A DNA stretch of 64,000 bases, taken from the NCBI GenBank assembly GCA_020137815.1, contig CM035354.1:6014001-6078000 (forward strand). The letters are read 5' to 3'. The position numbers and the translations under genes were made by a program. Each line of letters opens with the position of its first letter. Position 1 is the stretch's first letter. Shown here one piece after another: positions 38,502 through 51,332 of the stretch. Under the pieces are notes generated by a model. The model made no database searches and was not told where the DNA came from. It was given only the letters and a program-made list of their open reading frames with translations. Source of the stretch: Hormiphora californensis. Lineage: Eukaryota > Animalia > Ctenophora.

Positions 38502-39455
38502 AATGGTTGTCCCCAAGGAAAGGGTGTCTTGAACAAGGGTTCTCTATCGGCAGCGTAACACAGCGCCGTCAAACCAGCGTGCATTACATCGCTTGAGCCC
38601 CGCTCAGGAACACAGTTTTGGGGACAATGTCACTGTTTAGGGATTCCCTTCTGCCTGATTCACCCTGAAGGAAAAAGTGTCTCGGAAGATTGTGCCAAGA
38701 GACCTGTCGGCCGTATCATCCAAGGACTAACCGTCTCGAATGTCCAGGTTTGTTAACTCTAGCTCGCAGCAAAACGGTGTCGCCACATACCGTCTCCAAG
38801 GTGCGAGGATTCAACGGTTCTTTGAGCAAAACCTAGATTTCAGGACCAACCTCCGTCGTCTGAGCCCAGCTATCGAGTAACAGTAGGTGTCCAGGGACGG
38901 TTGCTCGTGGATTCACCTGGAGAATCAAGCTGCGAAAGACAACCAACCTGTCGTCTGAGGAAACTGGCCAAACCAAGCCATCTCAGGTCGTTGTTGAACT
39001 TAATCAAGGAAGCGTGTCGAAGCGCTAAATACCCGACAACGGTTTGCCCACACAGATGTCGCTGACACCTCTCGCTCCAGCGTATCTAGACAGGGGCCAG
39101 GGCGTCCGGTTGATTCCACTCGGAACCAAGTGACAAAAACACCCCTCGACAAATAAGACCTCCCTGCTCATAAGGTTGAGCTGTGGGGCAACACCACAAG
39201 GTGTGCCCCGACACAGAGGTCGCTGCCTCTCTCAGTTACAACAAGGGCAACAACGCCTGTGCCTTCAACTTCGGAACCAAATACACCCTCGACAAGGATA
39301 CCTCCCTGCGAATGAAGGTTGACTGTGGTGGCAACACCACTCTGTCCTGTACCCACAAAGTGAAGCCCTGGCTGGAGGCCACCTTCTCCAACAGTTTGAA
39401 CGCCAAGACCATGTCTGGTGTCAACCACGGCATCTCTCTGGAGGCTAACCTCTAA
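38502..39455 (+). CDS. VDAC: Mitochondrial porin VDAC; 3' third intact, 5' two-thirds frameshifted in this assembly
   Basis: HKVCPDTEVAASLSYNKGNNACAFNFGTKYTLDKDTSLRMKVDCGGNTTLSCTHKVKPWLEATFSNSLNAK...HGISLEANL* fits the VDAC C-terminal beta strands; upstream fragments MVVP, GVLNKG, TLKEK and IIQGLTV occur in shifting frames. Confidence 0.75.
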
Positions 39456-39931
39456 ATGTGTTACGTTTTTACAACCCCTGAGTTTATCGAGAGAGAGAGT
39501 TAGCACGTGCAAGAACAGACAATATATCATCCCCCCTTCTAGAAACTGCAAATTGTGTAGGGTAGTGAGAGGTGTGTGTTGTTATACACAAGAGCGTGTT
39601 GTTATGTAACTTATTAGGAGCGAGAGAAAGTACTGTGACGTTCTTCAAAAATATTCTACTTCTTTATCTTGTTCTTGAGAGGCTTTGTATTTTCTACAAG
39701 GACAATAATATGGAGTTCACACACATTATATTCGAGTCATGTGTGTTATTTATCTTTGGTTTTTCAAGATACAATAATATATTATCGATCCAAAAAGTGC
39801 AACAATGTCATCCCATTTTTTTTCTAAACTTACAATAACTGAATATGTCCCGTGTCTCAATTATTTAGCGAGTCTAAAGCTGTTTTTCCTACAATTTTAT
39901 CTCTCTCTGTATAGGAGTTACACAAGGAACT

Positions 39932-40174
39932 ATGAGTACATACTGGAAGCCTGAGAGCCCACCGAAAAACAGCTTTATGCCTTATAACCCTGCAGGTTAT
40001 TGACACATTTCACATCATGTCTCTCTTTCTTTCTCTTTTTCACTCTCTCTCTATCTCTATCTCTATCTCTTTCTATCTATCTTTCGGTATCTCTCCCTCT
40101 CCCTCTCTCTCTCCCTCTCTCTCTCTCTCTCTCACTCTCTCACTCTCTCTCTCTGTCGGCATCTCTCACACACA

Positions 40175-40249
<75 letters not shown>

Positions 40250-40327
40250 CATCTCTCTCTCTTTCTCTCGTTTGACATGTTCTGACGACTATTAGCCAAG
40301 ACTATCCATCTCTCTCTCTCTCACACA

Positions 40328-40383
<56 letters not shown>

Positions 40384-42528
40384 CTCTCTTCTCTTCACAA
40401 CACAAATCACACCCCACTCCACGAGATAATCACCTCTCCTAACAGCCCCCTTCCTCTAGGTGGAAACTACGGCGCTGGAGGTAGTGACAGGAACTCTCAG
40501 GTCAGCTACTACTCCCAAGACTGGAGCTCAATAAAATCAGCCCAGATGAGGGCAACTGGCCGGGTAAACACAACCCGAGGTGGAGGCCGGGGAGGTGGTG
40601 GACGGCCCTCTTACTCTGGACAGTCTGTTCATTACTGTGAAGTATGCAAGGTGACATGTGGCACTAACATGACCTATAAGGCACATTTGGAGGGTTCAAA
40701 ACACATCAAGAAGGCAGCTGCCCAGAAGCAGACTCCGATCCCGAACAAGGAGACGCAGTTTAAATGTGGGGTGTGTGAGGTGGTGAGTGTGTCTGCAGAG
40801 GCCTTTAAAGCACATATAAACGGGGGTAAGCACCAAAAGAAGGTCCAGCTGTTGAGGAGGCTTGGTAAACCAATTCCTGAGAATGTCACCCCTGCTGCGA
40901 AGGAGGGGGAGGAAGAGGAGGCGTCTACTCAGGAGAAAGTGGGGGAGGAGCTGATGGTGAGCAAGTTTGATACCAACACCAATAGGACGGTGTTCCATTG
41001 CACCATGTGTGACTGCTCTGTAATGGATGGCACTGCAAGAGACTTCCATCTGTCGGGGAGGAGACATCGTCTTGAGTATAAGAAGAAATACGATAAGACT
41101 CTGAAAGTTGATCTACCGGCCAGTAAGCGGCAGAGGATTGGTGCACCTGCAGCTGCCACTGTTGCTCTTGAAAAAGAGCAGAAGAAACAAATGAAATCGG
41201 TAAGTCTGTCTGTTCACATTTGTTTCCATTTTTACACCACTTCTCCGTTTTGCTGTACCATAATCCAATTTGTCCCAATGCGTGTTTCTAAAATCCCCTC
41301 ACACCTCTCTCTCCCGCAGATTTGGGATGCGGAACAGCGACAGCTTGAGTCCGAGTGGACGCAGTACAGAGAAGAGGAGAGATGGTTCAGATACCTGGAG
41401 GGTGTGAAGAGACAGGAAGATGAACAGAAACAGTGGTACTTTGAGGAGAAGACCCGGTGTGAAAGTCTTGGAATTGCTCCTCCAGCACCCCCTGCTCGAC
41501 CTAGACCACCCCCTCCCCCACCCTCCAGGGACAACTCCAGGAAACTGTTGGAGTGCATGGATAGTTCTCTCATCCAGAAGAAACACGCCTCAATCCAGCC
41601 GAGCAAGGACGAGATAGGGGAGTTGGAGAAGTTGATGAAGATAGTTGAACAGGGGATTGAGATCGTTAGCGGTGAAATGGAGAAGGAGGAGGTCGAGGGG
41701 ACTGAACCAACTGGAGAGAAGCGGTTTATAAAGTCCTGGTTTAGGATGGGGGATCTACCCAAACACTCCATCCTGAAGGGGTACATTGAGGGTGGTTTAG
41801 CTGTGTTTACCCTGCAGAAACCTACCGACACCATCCTCAACACAATCTGCACTAAGCTAGAGGCCCATCTCAAGGGGAAGGGAGACATGGAGAACACCGA
41901 GATGGCAGCTGACCCTACCAACTGCTGTTTCTGGATCAAGAGAAGCCAACCAGAGGTAGTCCAAGTTAGGGTGAACATCACATCCACAGCCTTCACAGAG
42001 GATGGAGAAACCCCAGCTGCCCTTCCCTACCCAGGGGTGGTGCTAAACCAGAAACACTGCACCCTCACTATGGCCCAGGTCCGCCAGACTAAGTGGTTTG
42101 AAACTAAGATGAGTGTCAATCTGATTGTCGTTCTGCAGCTGCTGAAAGATCTCAACAAGCGTATCCCGGCATGGGCTCCCCTCTCTGTATGGTCTCTGGA
42201 GCTGATGGTGGAGAGATGTGCTAGGACCAAGGGATTTTCTCCCCTGCCCCCGGGGAGACCACATCTTAACGCTGCTGAAGTTCTAAAGAGAGTATTTGAG
42301 TTGGTTGCTAGTGGGTTAGTTGTTGATGGTCCGGGGTTGAATGATCCATGCGAGAAAGTTCCCGTGGATGTACTAGCTCACCTGACCCGACAGGAAAGGG
42401 AGGATCTCACGGCCAGCGCTCAGTATGCCCTCAGACTAATGATCTTTAATCAGTTGTATAAGATTTTGGGTATTCCCAGACCGACCCCAGCAAAACTAAA
42501 TCAGTTACCACCCTCAGTTATGCTTTAG
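39932..42528 (+). CDS. ZFR: Zinc finger RNA-binding protein (3 dsRNA-binding C2H2 fingers + DZF domain); exons 39932-39995, 40460-41199, 41320-42528
   Basis: CEVCKVTC...AHLEGSKH, CGVCEV...AHINGGKH, CTMCDC...HLSGRRHRLEYKKK; DZF motifs WAPLSVWSLELMVE, RVFELVASG, DPCEK, QEREDLTASAQYALRL; phase-consistent introns. Confidence 0.93.
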
Positions 42529-42804
42529 GTTTATTTGTGTAGTAGGCTGCCCATGCTGAGAGACTGACGAGAAAGAGTTTGCTTTTTGTGTTATATAGAG
42601 ACAGGCAAGAGAGTAGCTAGCTACCCCTGGCCCTGGCCTGTTATTTCTGTCTTGAATTTTATTGTTTCAAAAGTTAATTTTTATAAAACAACAACCACGC
42701 TGTTTTCTTCCATTTATCCAATAATGACCAAACCTTTCCATCTCGTTCTCCAAGATAACTCTTGTCATTTCTCCCAAATAAATCTGATCCTCTTCCAGGC
42801 AGTC

Positions 42805-43422
42805 ATGTCTATCCTCGAGTACAATGGCGCCTCTGTTGTGGCAATGAAGGGGAAGAACTGCGTTGCCATTGCAGCCGATACTCGACTTGGTATCCGCTTC
42901 CAAACGGTGTCAACCAACTTTCAGAAGATCTTCCCAATGGGCAAGAAACTCTTTATCGGACTACCCGGACTTGCCACGGACGTTCAGACCTTTGCAAACG
43001 AACTCAAATTCCACACGAACCTGTACAATCTGAGTGAGACGAAGGAACTCAGTCCCAAAACCTTCCTGAGCATGGTGTCTAATTTCCTTTACAAGCGACG
43101 CTTTGGTCCCTACTTTGTTGAGCCTGTAGTGGCTGGACTTGACCCCAAAACAGACGAGCCCTTCATTGCATCCACTGACCTCATTGGGTGCCCCATGGTT
43201 ACTGACGATTTCGTAGTTTCTGGAACCTGCCTGGAGCAGCTGTATGGTATGTGTGAGACCTTGTATAAGCCCAACATGGCTCCTGATGAGCTGTTCGAGT
43301 GTATCTCCCAGGCTCTCCTAAACGCCCAGGATAGGGACGCGTACAGTGGGTGGGGTGGTGTTGTGTACATTATCGAGCCAAACAAGATCACCAAGAGGAC
43401 GCTGAAAGCAAGGATGGACTAA
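42805..43422 (+). CDS. PSMB3: Proteasome subunit beta type-3, intronless, 205 aa
   Basis: [29 protein letters not shown]...GLATDVQT...[16 protein letters not shown]...DRDAYSGWG...[12 protein letters not shown]. Confidence 0.97.
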   Translation: MSILEYNGASVVAMKGKNCVAIAADTRLGIRFQTVSTNFQKIFPMGKKLFIGLPGLATDVQTFANELKFHTNLYNLSETKELSPKTFLSMVSNFLYKRRFGPYFVEPVVAGLDPKTDEPFIASTDLIGCPMVTDDFVVSGTCLEQLYGMCETLYKPNMAPDELFECISQALLNAQDRDAYSGWGGVVYIIEPNKITKRTLKARMD

Positions 43423-44101
43423 TGGACGAATTGATATATCCCGGGGTATGGATTGTTGCGTATTGTAAATATTTGTAGGGGTTGAAATTACTGTTCGTTG
43501 AACAAGAGAGATATAATATCGATTCGCCAGATCTGATATGAAGCAGAGAGAGATTAGGAAAGTAGAAACGACTAGAAAGATGTGTTTTTCTATATTTCTC
43601 AGAGCGGGCTCTTTGTTGTTTCTATCAAGGTGTACCTATTTAAACGGTACCACTGACATTAGTGTATTTGTTACAAATTTATCTTCTTCCCCCAAAAACA
43701 TAAACCGCCCTTTTTATTATTTGTCTGGAGTTTCGATCGATAGAACTGGTGGAAAGAGAGAGAAAGAGAGAGAGAGAGAGAAAGAGAGGCGGGAGAGAGT
43801 TAATAAGTTGCATATAATACTCCCCCGGCGACCAACGGAATATATTTGTGTAGAGCGAGGGAGGAGGAGGGGGAAGTTTGTGATTACTCTCTCCTTCCTG
43901 CTCCTACACTCGCCGCCACACAGCGCCGTACTAATAGAGAGAAACATGCAGAGAGAGAGAGAGATTGGAGAGAGAGCTCCTGAGAGGGAGAGAGAAGTCA
44001 GAAGATGGTTAGTCTCTCTCTCCGGCTGCAACAGCTGTAAACCTTCCATTATGTTCCATTTGCAGTGCAGCAGCGAAATGATAAAGTGAACGAATACCAC
44101 C

Positions 44102-47100
44102 ATGCTAAAAGCCAAGACATTTGTGAAGAAGACCAAGCAGGGAAATATTATCAAGGTTGTTCGAGAGCACTACCTTCGTGATGATCTCTCCTGTGGTAGT
44201 CTGCTGTGTAAGGGCTGCCCCAATCTAATGCCTGCTAAACTAGCCCAGCAACAGAAAGCAGAGTCCTCCCTAGTTCCTGCCTCTCACTATCTAGTGATAG
44301 ATACGAATGTAGCGCTACATCAGGTACGGTGATCTCTAGCGTGCAATATCATTATTAGTGTAGCGTGCAGTCTATATTTCTTTCCAATCTCCATCTCTAA
44401 TATATCTCACTCTTCAGATTGACTTTTTAGAGGACCCCAACATTACCGATGTCATTGTGCTTCAGACGGTCCTACAGGAGGTAATAATTCTCAACATCAC
44501 TACTATAATATTGTCTTGTCCTCATTTCACCCAATCAATAAAGACATTTTATCTCACATGTTCCCCTTTCTGAATAATGAGTTCAGAGCAAGAATTAAAT
44601 TCCCCTTTCTATACAAGAGGATTATTACATCACACACTGCCTGTTTCTAGGTTCGTCACCTGAACGACTCTCTATACAAAAGGATCAGGACGATAGTGGA
44701 GGATGGGAAGAAGAGATTCTACGTGATGTGTAATGAGCACCACAGGTCTACCTATATTGACAGAGAACCCAATGAGTCTAGTAATGACCGGAATGATAGG
44801 GCTATCAGAGTTGCTACTGCCTGGTACGAGGGCCATCTGAAGAATCTGGGTGTTGGTGTTGTTCTCCTGACAAATGACAGGGATAACAGAGATAAAGCAA
44901 TCAAAGCTGGCCTAAAAGCATACCAGGTACACTGAAAAATTCAACTAGATTTTGCTAGTTGCTAACTCTCCTAGAGCTTGGTTTAACAAAAAAAACCCAA
45001 TTTTAGTCCTTATTTTTCCTCAACACCCCTTCCCTCCCAGGTGGTTGAGTATGTGAAGAGTTTGAAGGGTTGTGCCAACCTGGTAGATCACCTCTCTCAC
45101 GAGGGAGGAGCCAAGGACACAACTGGGGCTGCTGGAGATAGAAAGATGATGTATGAGGAGCATGTGTCATTGTACCAAGTCAAACAGGGCATCAAGAGTA
45201 ACCGGTAAGAAACTGAAACTGTCTTAAGCCCCTCCATCAGCCATCTACATAGTTCATAATTCATATACTATGTCCATTCTGTCTGTACTCTATCCACCTC
45301 CAGCACCGTTTTTTAACATTTCACTCCTGCCAGGTACTACCAAGGGAAGTTTGAGGCGTCCCGTGAGAACTATCTAGAGGGTTACGTATCCTGCCACGCA
45401 TTTGATAAACAAGTCATTATCCGGGGTCTAAAGCACCTAAACAGGGCTGTACACGAGGACGTGGTAGCTGTTGAGATATTCCCTAAATCACAATGGGTTG
45501 GGTCTAGTAGCACTGTTCAGTTGGATGATAGCGTTGCGGCTGAGGACGAGGATCTAAACCAGATGCCAGCCACTGCGGAGTCAGCTTACATCCGGCCTAC
45601 TGGTAGAGTGGTGGGGATCATTAAGAGGAACTGGAGGAATTATTGTGGAGTGCTGTTACCCACATCCAACACAGACAATGTGAGGCACATCTTCGTTCCT
45701 TCCGAGAAACGAATACCAAGAATCAGGATAGAGACAAGACAAGCAGCGACTCTGATGTCTCATAGGATTGTAGTTAGTATAGACTGCTGGCCCCGATCCT
45801 CCCGATACCCCCTGGGCCACTTTGTCCGTGATATTGGTCCTTTGGGTGACAGGGAGACTGAAGAGGAGGTGTTGTTGTTAGAACATGATATCCCTCATCT
45901 GCCCTTCTCTCAATCAGTCCTGGACTGCCTTCCCAAACTACCCTGGTCCATTGCTGATTATGAATTTGTGCTGAGGGAGGACCTGAGACATCTGTGTGTC
46001 TGTTCGGTTGATCCTCCTGGGTGTACTGATATTGATGATGCGCTACATTTTAGGAAACTGGGAAATGGAAATGCTGAGGTGATTACTCCTTTATTAAACT
46101 TTTCATCCAAATATTTATAACATCAACTTGTAACTGAAAATACAATCAGGAGATCTAACACTCCTCCTTCCCTAGGTTGGTGTACACATTGCAGATTTGA
46201 GTTACTTTGTCCGTCCCGGATCAGCCCTTGATTTGGAGGCCCAAAAAAGGGGAACATCAGTGTATCTGTGTGATAAACGAATTGATATGGTTCCCGATGT
46301 GCTCAGTTCCAATCTCTGCTCTCTCCGATCTAACGAGGATCGTCTAGCATTCAGTGCCATCTTCGAAATGACGCCGTAAGTTATTTCATCTGAAAGATTA
46401 ATATATTCAGATTGGATCTCAATAAGTTACTGTGGTCCGATTTTGATGAGTGTTATTGACAATAACACTTTTTCTCATCCTATCAGGGACGGTCAAATTG
46501 TTAATCGGAAGTTCTGTAAAACGGTTATCCGCTCCGTCGCTTCTCTCACTTATGCTGAAGCCCAGATATTGATTGACGACACGAACAGGGTTGATCCCCT
46601 ATCGGAGGGACTCAGGGGTCTCAATGAACTGGCTAAGAAATTGAAACAACAGAGGATAGAGGCTGGTGCTCTTACCCTCGCTTCCCCAGAGGTAATTTAG
46701 CACTCACAGATGTATAATGTCACAGATGTACAATGTGAATGTGTGATTTTCCCATTTTGAACCACACTTTACTAACTTCCCCCTCCCTCTCTCCCAGGTC
46801 CGATTCCACATTGACAGTGAAACCCACGACCCAATCGGAATTGAAACTAAAGAACTGAAAGAAACGAACAGTATGATTGAGGAATTCATGTTGTTAGCTA
46901 ACTGTGAGGTAGCGAGGTATATCGAGAAGGCGTTCCCTCAGTGTGCAGTGCTCCGGAGACATCCCTCCCCACCCCTCTCTAACTTTGATCTCCTCGTCAA
47001 TGCTGCTGCTGTAAAGGGAGTCAAGGTGAGACTTTGTGGGAAGCTAAGGACCGGATATATTGGTGTGAATGATCGGGGAATGAAAATGATACCCCAGGCC

Positions 47101-49297
47101 CTGCATTCCAGACTCATTCATCATAATGCCCTCTTTCATTCATCGCATAATGCCCCCTCTCTGTATTACTGAACGGTCATTGGTCACGAGATGGGTTTTT
47201 ATTTGTCACGTACACCGAAGCCCGAAGGGCAAATATCACACATCCATTTTCAGACGAGTCCCCTCTGTTTACCCATCCCCTCTCTCTCTCATCTCGACCC
47301 AGTCCCCTGGCCCTCTATTTACCCATTTTCTTTAAATCCCCTCTCTCCCCAACAGGTGTCGTGTAGTAGTAACAGAGAGTTGGCATATTCCCTTGAGCAC
47401 GCTGATGTGCCAGGTGACCCCTTCTTTAATATCTTGTTGAGGATAGTCAGTACCCGGTGCATGATGCAAGCCGTATACTTCTGTTCAGGTGAGAGGATAA
47501 TTCAAAAGCCCCCTTGAAATAGTGGGTACAGTCTCTGAACTTCAGAAATATATGGCACACTTTGGAGTAAATATCGATTTAGACTCTGAGAGACAAATCT
47601 GAGAGACAAAGAGAGATAGTTACAAGGCTCACTTATACCCGCTGCTGTGTAGAGTAATTTTGTCATTATCTTTCTCCCTCTGTTATTACCCAAATTGACC
47701 AATTTACATTGCACACACAGGAGGGGGGGGGGTAATTGGAACCGTTTTAGGAAACTATTTGCACACAAAATATCCCAGCACTAAATATAGCGACAAACTA
47801 ATCAATCCGAGCAGTTTATCTTAATTAATGAAACGCTCATTCCATCCATGATAATACTGTCTCCAAACTCCAGACTAACCCTTTCTCTCCCCCTAATATT
47901 CCAAAATAACAAATCCTTTCTCTCCCCAATATTCCAAGCTAACAAATCCTTTCTCTCACCAGGTATGCTACCAGAAGAGGAATATTTCCATTATGGTCTG
48001 GCTGTACCCTGTTATACCCATTTCACATCCCCCATCCGGCGGTACCCTGACTTGCTAGTCCATCGACTACTGGCAGCCAGTGTTGGTTATGACAAAACTT
48101 ACACTGAACTACTCGACAGGAACAAGGTAAACCCGAACTCGCAAGGATTAGTTTTAAATTGAGAATAATATTCTCTGTTTCAAACACTCACTCTCTTACT
48201 CTATCATCAGGTTCACGAATGGTGTGAGAATCTGAACTACCGACACCACCAAGCCCAGCTTGTACAGCGGTCCTCTATTGCCCTCCATACCCAGCTATAT
48301 TTCAAAGAGAAGTGCCTGGATGAGGATGCGTATATTCTGTTTGTTCGACGAAATGCCATCGTTGTACTAGTCAGAAGGTAAATACAACACTACTAGCCAT
48401 TCACTAATGCACTGTGTATGTGTGTCATGTTTGTTTTGTCTTACACCCGCCGAGGGGATATTATAGATCATTAGACTTGCTCCGATCCTGTGACCTGCAA
48501 TATCGAAAGTGTTCCTTGAACTGCAGACTTATACCTCATTTAAAACTAACTCCCCCTCTTCCACCCAGGTACGGTTTGGAAAGTACTATTTTCCTGAAGT
48601 CAGATAAACAAAGCAATGTGGAGTTCAACTATGAGGAGGAGAAGTGTAAACTGACCATTGGAAAGGTTACCCTGCAGATGTTCGACAGGGTCATTGTTCA
48701 GGTAGGCTGGATTATTACCCACTTTTTGGGAAGGTTTGGGAGATAAGGGATTGGTCCGCCTTTGTGCTTGTCAGCGCAGCGATAATCCCGTGATAATTCA
48801 TACGGAGACATACTGCATACACTGAATTAGTGCCAACTCTCCGTTATTCATTGACAAATTAGAGTGCCAATTAAAATGGGGTGGGGTCATTAGTCAGGGG
48901 TGTTGACATAATGCAGAAGCTGCTGCAGGAGCTTGATTATGCAGGGGGGGGGGGGGTATTGTTCTGGAATAAATTAGAGCTGCTGTAGAAACAATACACT
49001 CACAGCTTCAATATCTTTTTGAGACAACATGCACTTCTAGATTCTCCTCCGACCTTCTCTCCTCCCACACACACGTTCATTTCTCTTACATTCCATGTTC
49101 CTTCCTAATTTATATATCTAAATTCAAACATTCCTTCCCCATTTCAGATCTCAGTTGAGGATTGCAGTATTCAACACAGGAAGCTACGAATGAAGCTAGT
49201 TAACCCTATAATACCGGGTGTCAGTGTGGAGCCCATCTATGTGACACTTGGAAAGGATGAACATTTACCCAAACCAGACTCGCTGAAACCATCCTAA
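44102..49297 (+). CDS. DIS3: Exosome catalytic subunit DIS3/Rrp44, 13 exons (44102-44323, 44418-44480, 44651-44926, 45041-45204, 45334-46078, 46176-46375, 46487-46691, 46798-47025, 47356-47488, 47963-48126, 48211-48377, 48569-48701, 49148-49297)
   Basis: VREHYLRDD and CR3 motif, PIN ([17 protein letters not shown]), RNB ([52 protein letters not shown]); all introns GT-AG and phase-consistent. Confidence 0.97.
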
Positions 49298-49544
49298 ATC
49301 GAGCGAAATGTGGGGAAATGAACACTTTTTTAAACCGAGAGAGACCCTGATAATTTTAAAATGGGACTGTTTTTAATCGCTGTTTTACACGGATATAGGG
49401 GGAATGTTTTTAGACCTTAACTTATTATTTGCTACAAACCACTGAGATAATGCTGTTTTACTTTGAATCAAACCGGGCAGATATTATCAATTACCCTCAC
49501 ATCTCTCCACCCTTCTATTACCCATTCTCACCCCTCCAGTGTCC

Positions 49545-51332
49545 ATGGCCCAGTTACTATTCGATGACATCTTGGAGTGCCTCTCACTGGCAGGTTGCCC
49601 AACTCAACCCCCCGGGGTGGGTGAGTTGAAGTCAGCGCTGGGTGGTCCGACGTGCAGTAGGAGTTATTGTGGTATGGTGGTGTGGTGCTGTCAGCAGATG
49701 GGGGGTCATGTGGATGTTATTACCATGCCGACTAATGCTGATGAGGAACCTCTCTTTAGGTGAGGGAGGGGGTTCAAGATGTTAATAGCTTTTGAGAAGA
49801 TTTTGATTGATTGAAATAAAGACACCAAACTCCAAAGAGTTGAAAGTTGAAAATTATAGCTTTAGAACAAGATAGAGTAACATAGTTGTACCTGTAATAT
49901 TACAACCCCCACCCCCAGAGTTGAACTAAGTACCATCCTGGTAGCACTGGGGTGTCCCCTGCCTGGTATTGGGGGTGCAGATAGTTTAACTGATCCTAGA
50001 AACAAGACAGCAGTACTACACTACCTGGCTCACGAGTTGCTGAGTTATAGACTCACAGCGGCACGGTCTACCGATAATGTGAGTCATGTGATATGTGATG
50101 TGATGTGACATGTGAGTTATCTGATATGATGTTACCATCTTGCAAGACACTGCTTATCAGGTTGCACTTTTGCATGCTATCACAGTCTGCATATTCCTAA
50201 CCCTAATTTGGTGCAACTGTCACAGTCTGCAACAGTTATGTAACCCTCCCTCCCCCAGGTGTCTACAGTTATGTAACCCGCCCTCCCTCCCCTAGGTGTC
50301 GACAGATTCAGGGTGTTTTGCTGGTCACCCTGCCCTAACAGACCTTGCAGTCATCCATAAATCACTACAAATCCCACAACCTACCAACCCAGACCCGGGT
50401 CCTATCTTCACTGCTATTACTGACAAGTTAGATGATCTCTGTGCCAGGAAGGCCATCACTGCGGCCCATCTCTCTGAACCTGTCCTGAAGTACAGCATTA
50501 CTGCCGATAGGATTGAGAAGGTCGAAGAGTTGTGTGGGAGGTTAAATTTGGAATATGGGATCCGGTTTAAGATGTTGCTGAAAAGGCTCGATCTCACTAT
50601 GACTTCTTTTCAATGGGGCAAGAAGGGAAAGGTAAGAATTATGTGTGTGAGTGTTTAATTTATGATACCTGGTACTCTAAACAAAATGAATCTCTCACTC
50701 GGATTTTATAAAAATCTTTAACTCTCTCCTTCACTCTGGAATGTTCTAGGAGAACGTGGAAGCGCTCGAAGGGACATTTCGAGCTCAAAGAAAGGCCATG
50801 AAGGATACATCTAGTATTGGAATAGCAGATATTCTAGCTACAAGAGAAGACTACCTGATCATGCCCCGTACAAGCAGTGGTCAGGTTCGGGAAAATACGA
50901 AATCAAAACTCAACACGATCGTCATTGTTGGGAAGGTAAGGGACAATTCCGCAACATCACCCGCGCGACTAGCAATGCAGTGCGCGGCGCTCAAGAAAAG
51001 TATCCTAATCTTCAGCATTTCACTTGAACCCATCCACGCAGGTGCCGGATAGAGGCGGGCGGCCCATGGAACAGCGACCTGAACCTGAGATACCTTCTTG
51101 GATGAAGGATGGGAAACGAGGTGGGAGCCACTACCGGCAGTCTAGAGGAGGACAGAACAAGGCAGCTGGGGGACAGAGATATACCCAGAGCAATAGAGAC
51201 AATAGTTACAGGAGAGACCAGGGACAATCGAGGGGTGGTCAGCAGTATTCTAGAGGGGGTAGAGGTGGGGGCTGGGGTGGGTATAGGGGAGGGAGGAGTC
51301 AAGGGGGTGGTGGAGGGGGCAGTGTTTATTGA
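49545..51332 (+). CDS. FAM98: FAM98 (DUF2465) family protein with RGG tail; exons 49545-49759, 49919-50078, 50296-50631, 50750-50935, 51042-51332
   Basis: VELSTILVALGCP, EYGIRFKMLLKRLDLTMTSFQWG, RTSSGQVRENT, GKVPDRGGRP, PEIPSW and a C-terminal RGG/YGG-rich tail. Confidence 0.9.

Noticed and set aside
41232-41996. 254-aa minus-strand ORF
   Set aside because: Antisense shadow of the ZFR coding exon.
42586-42804. 73-aa N-terminal extension of PSMB3 in the ORF track
   Set aside because: Non-ATG start; covers the ZFR 3' flank and acceptor; the conserved protein starts at MSILEYNG (42805).
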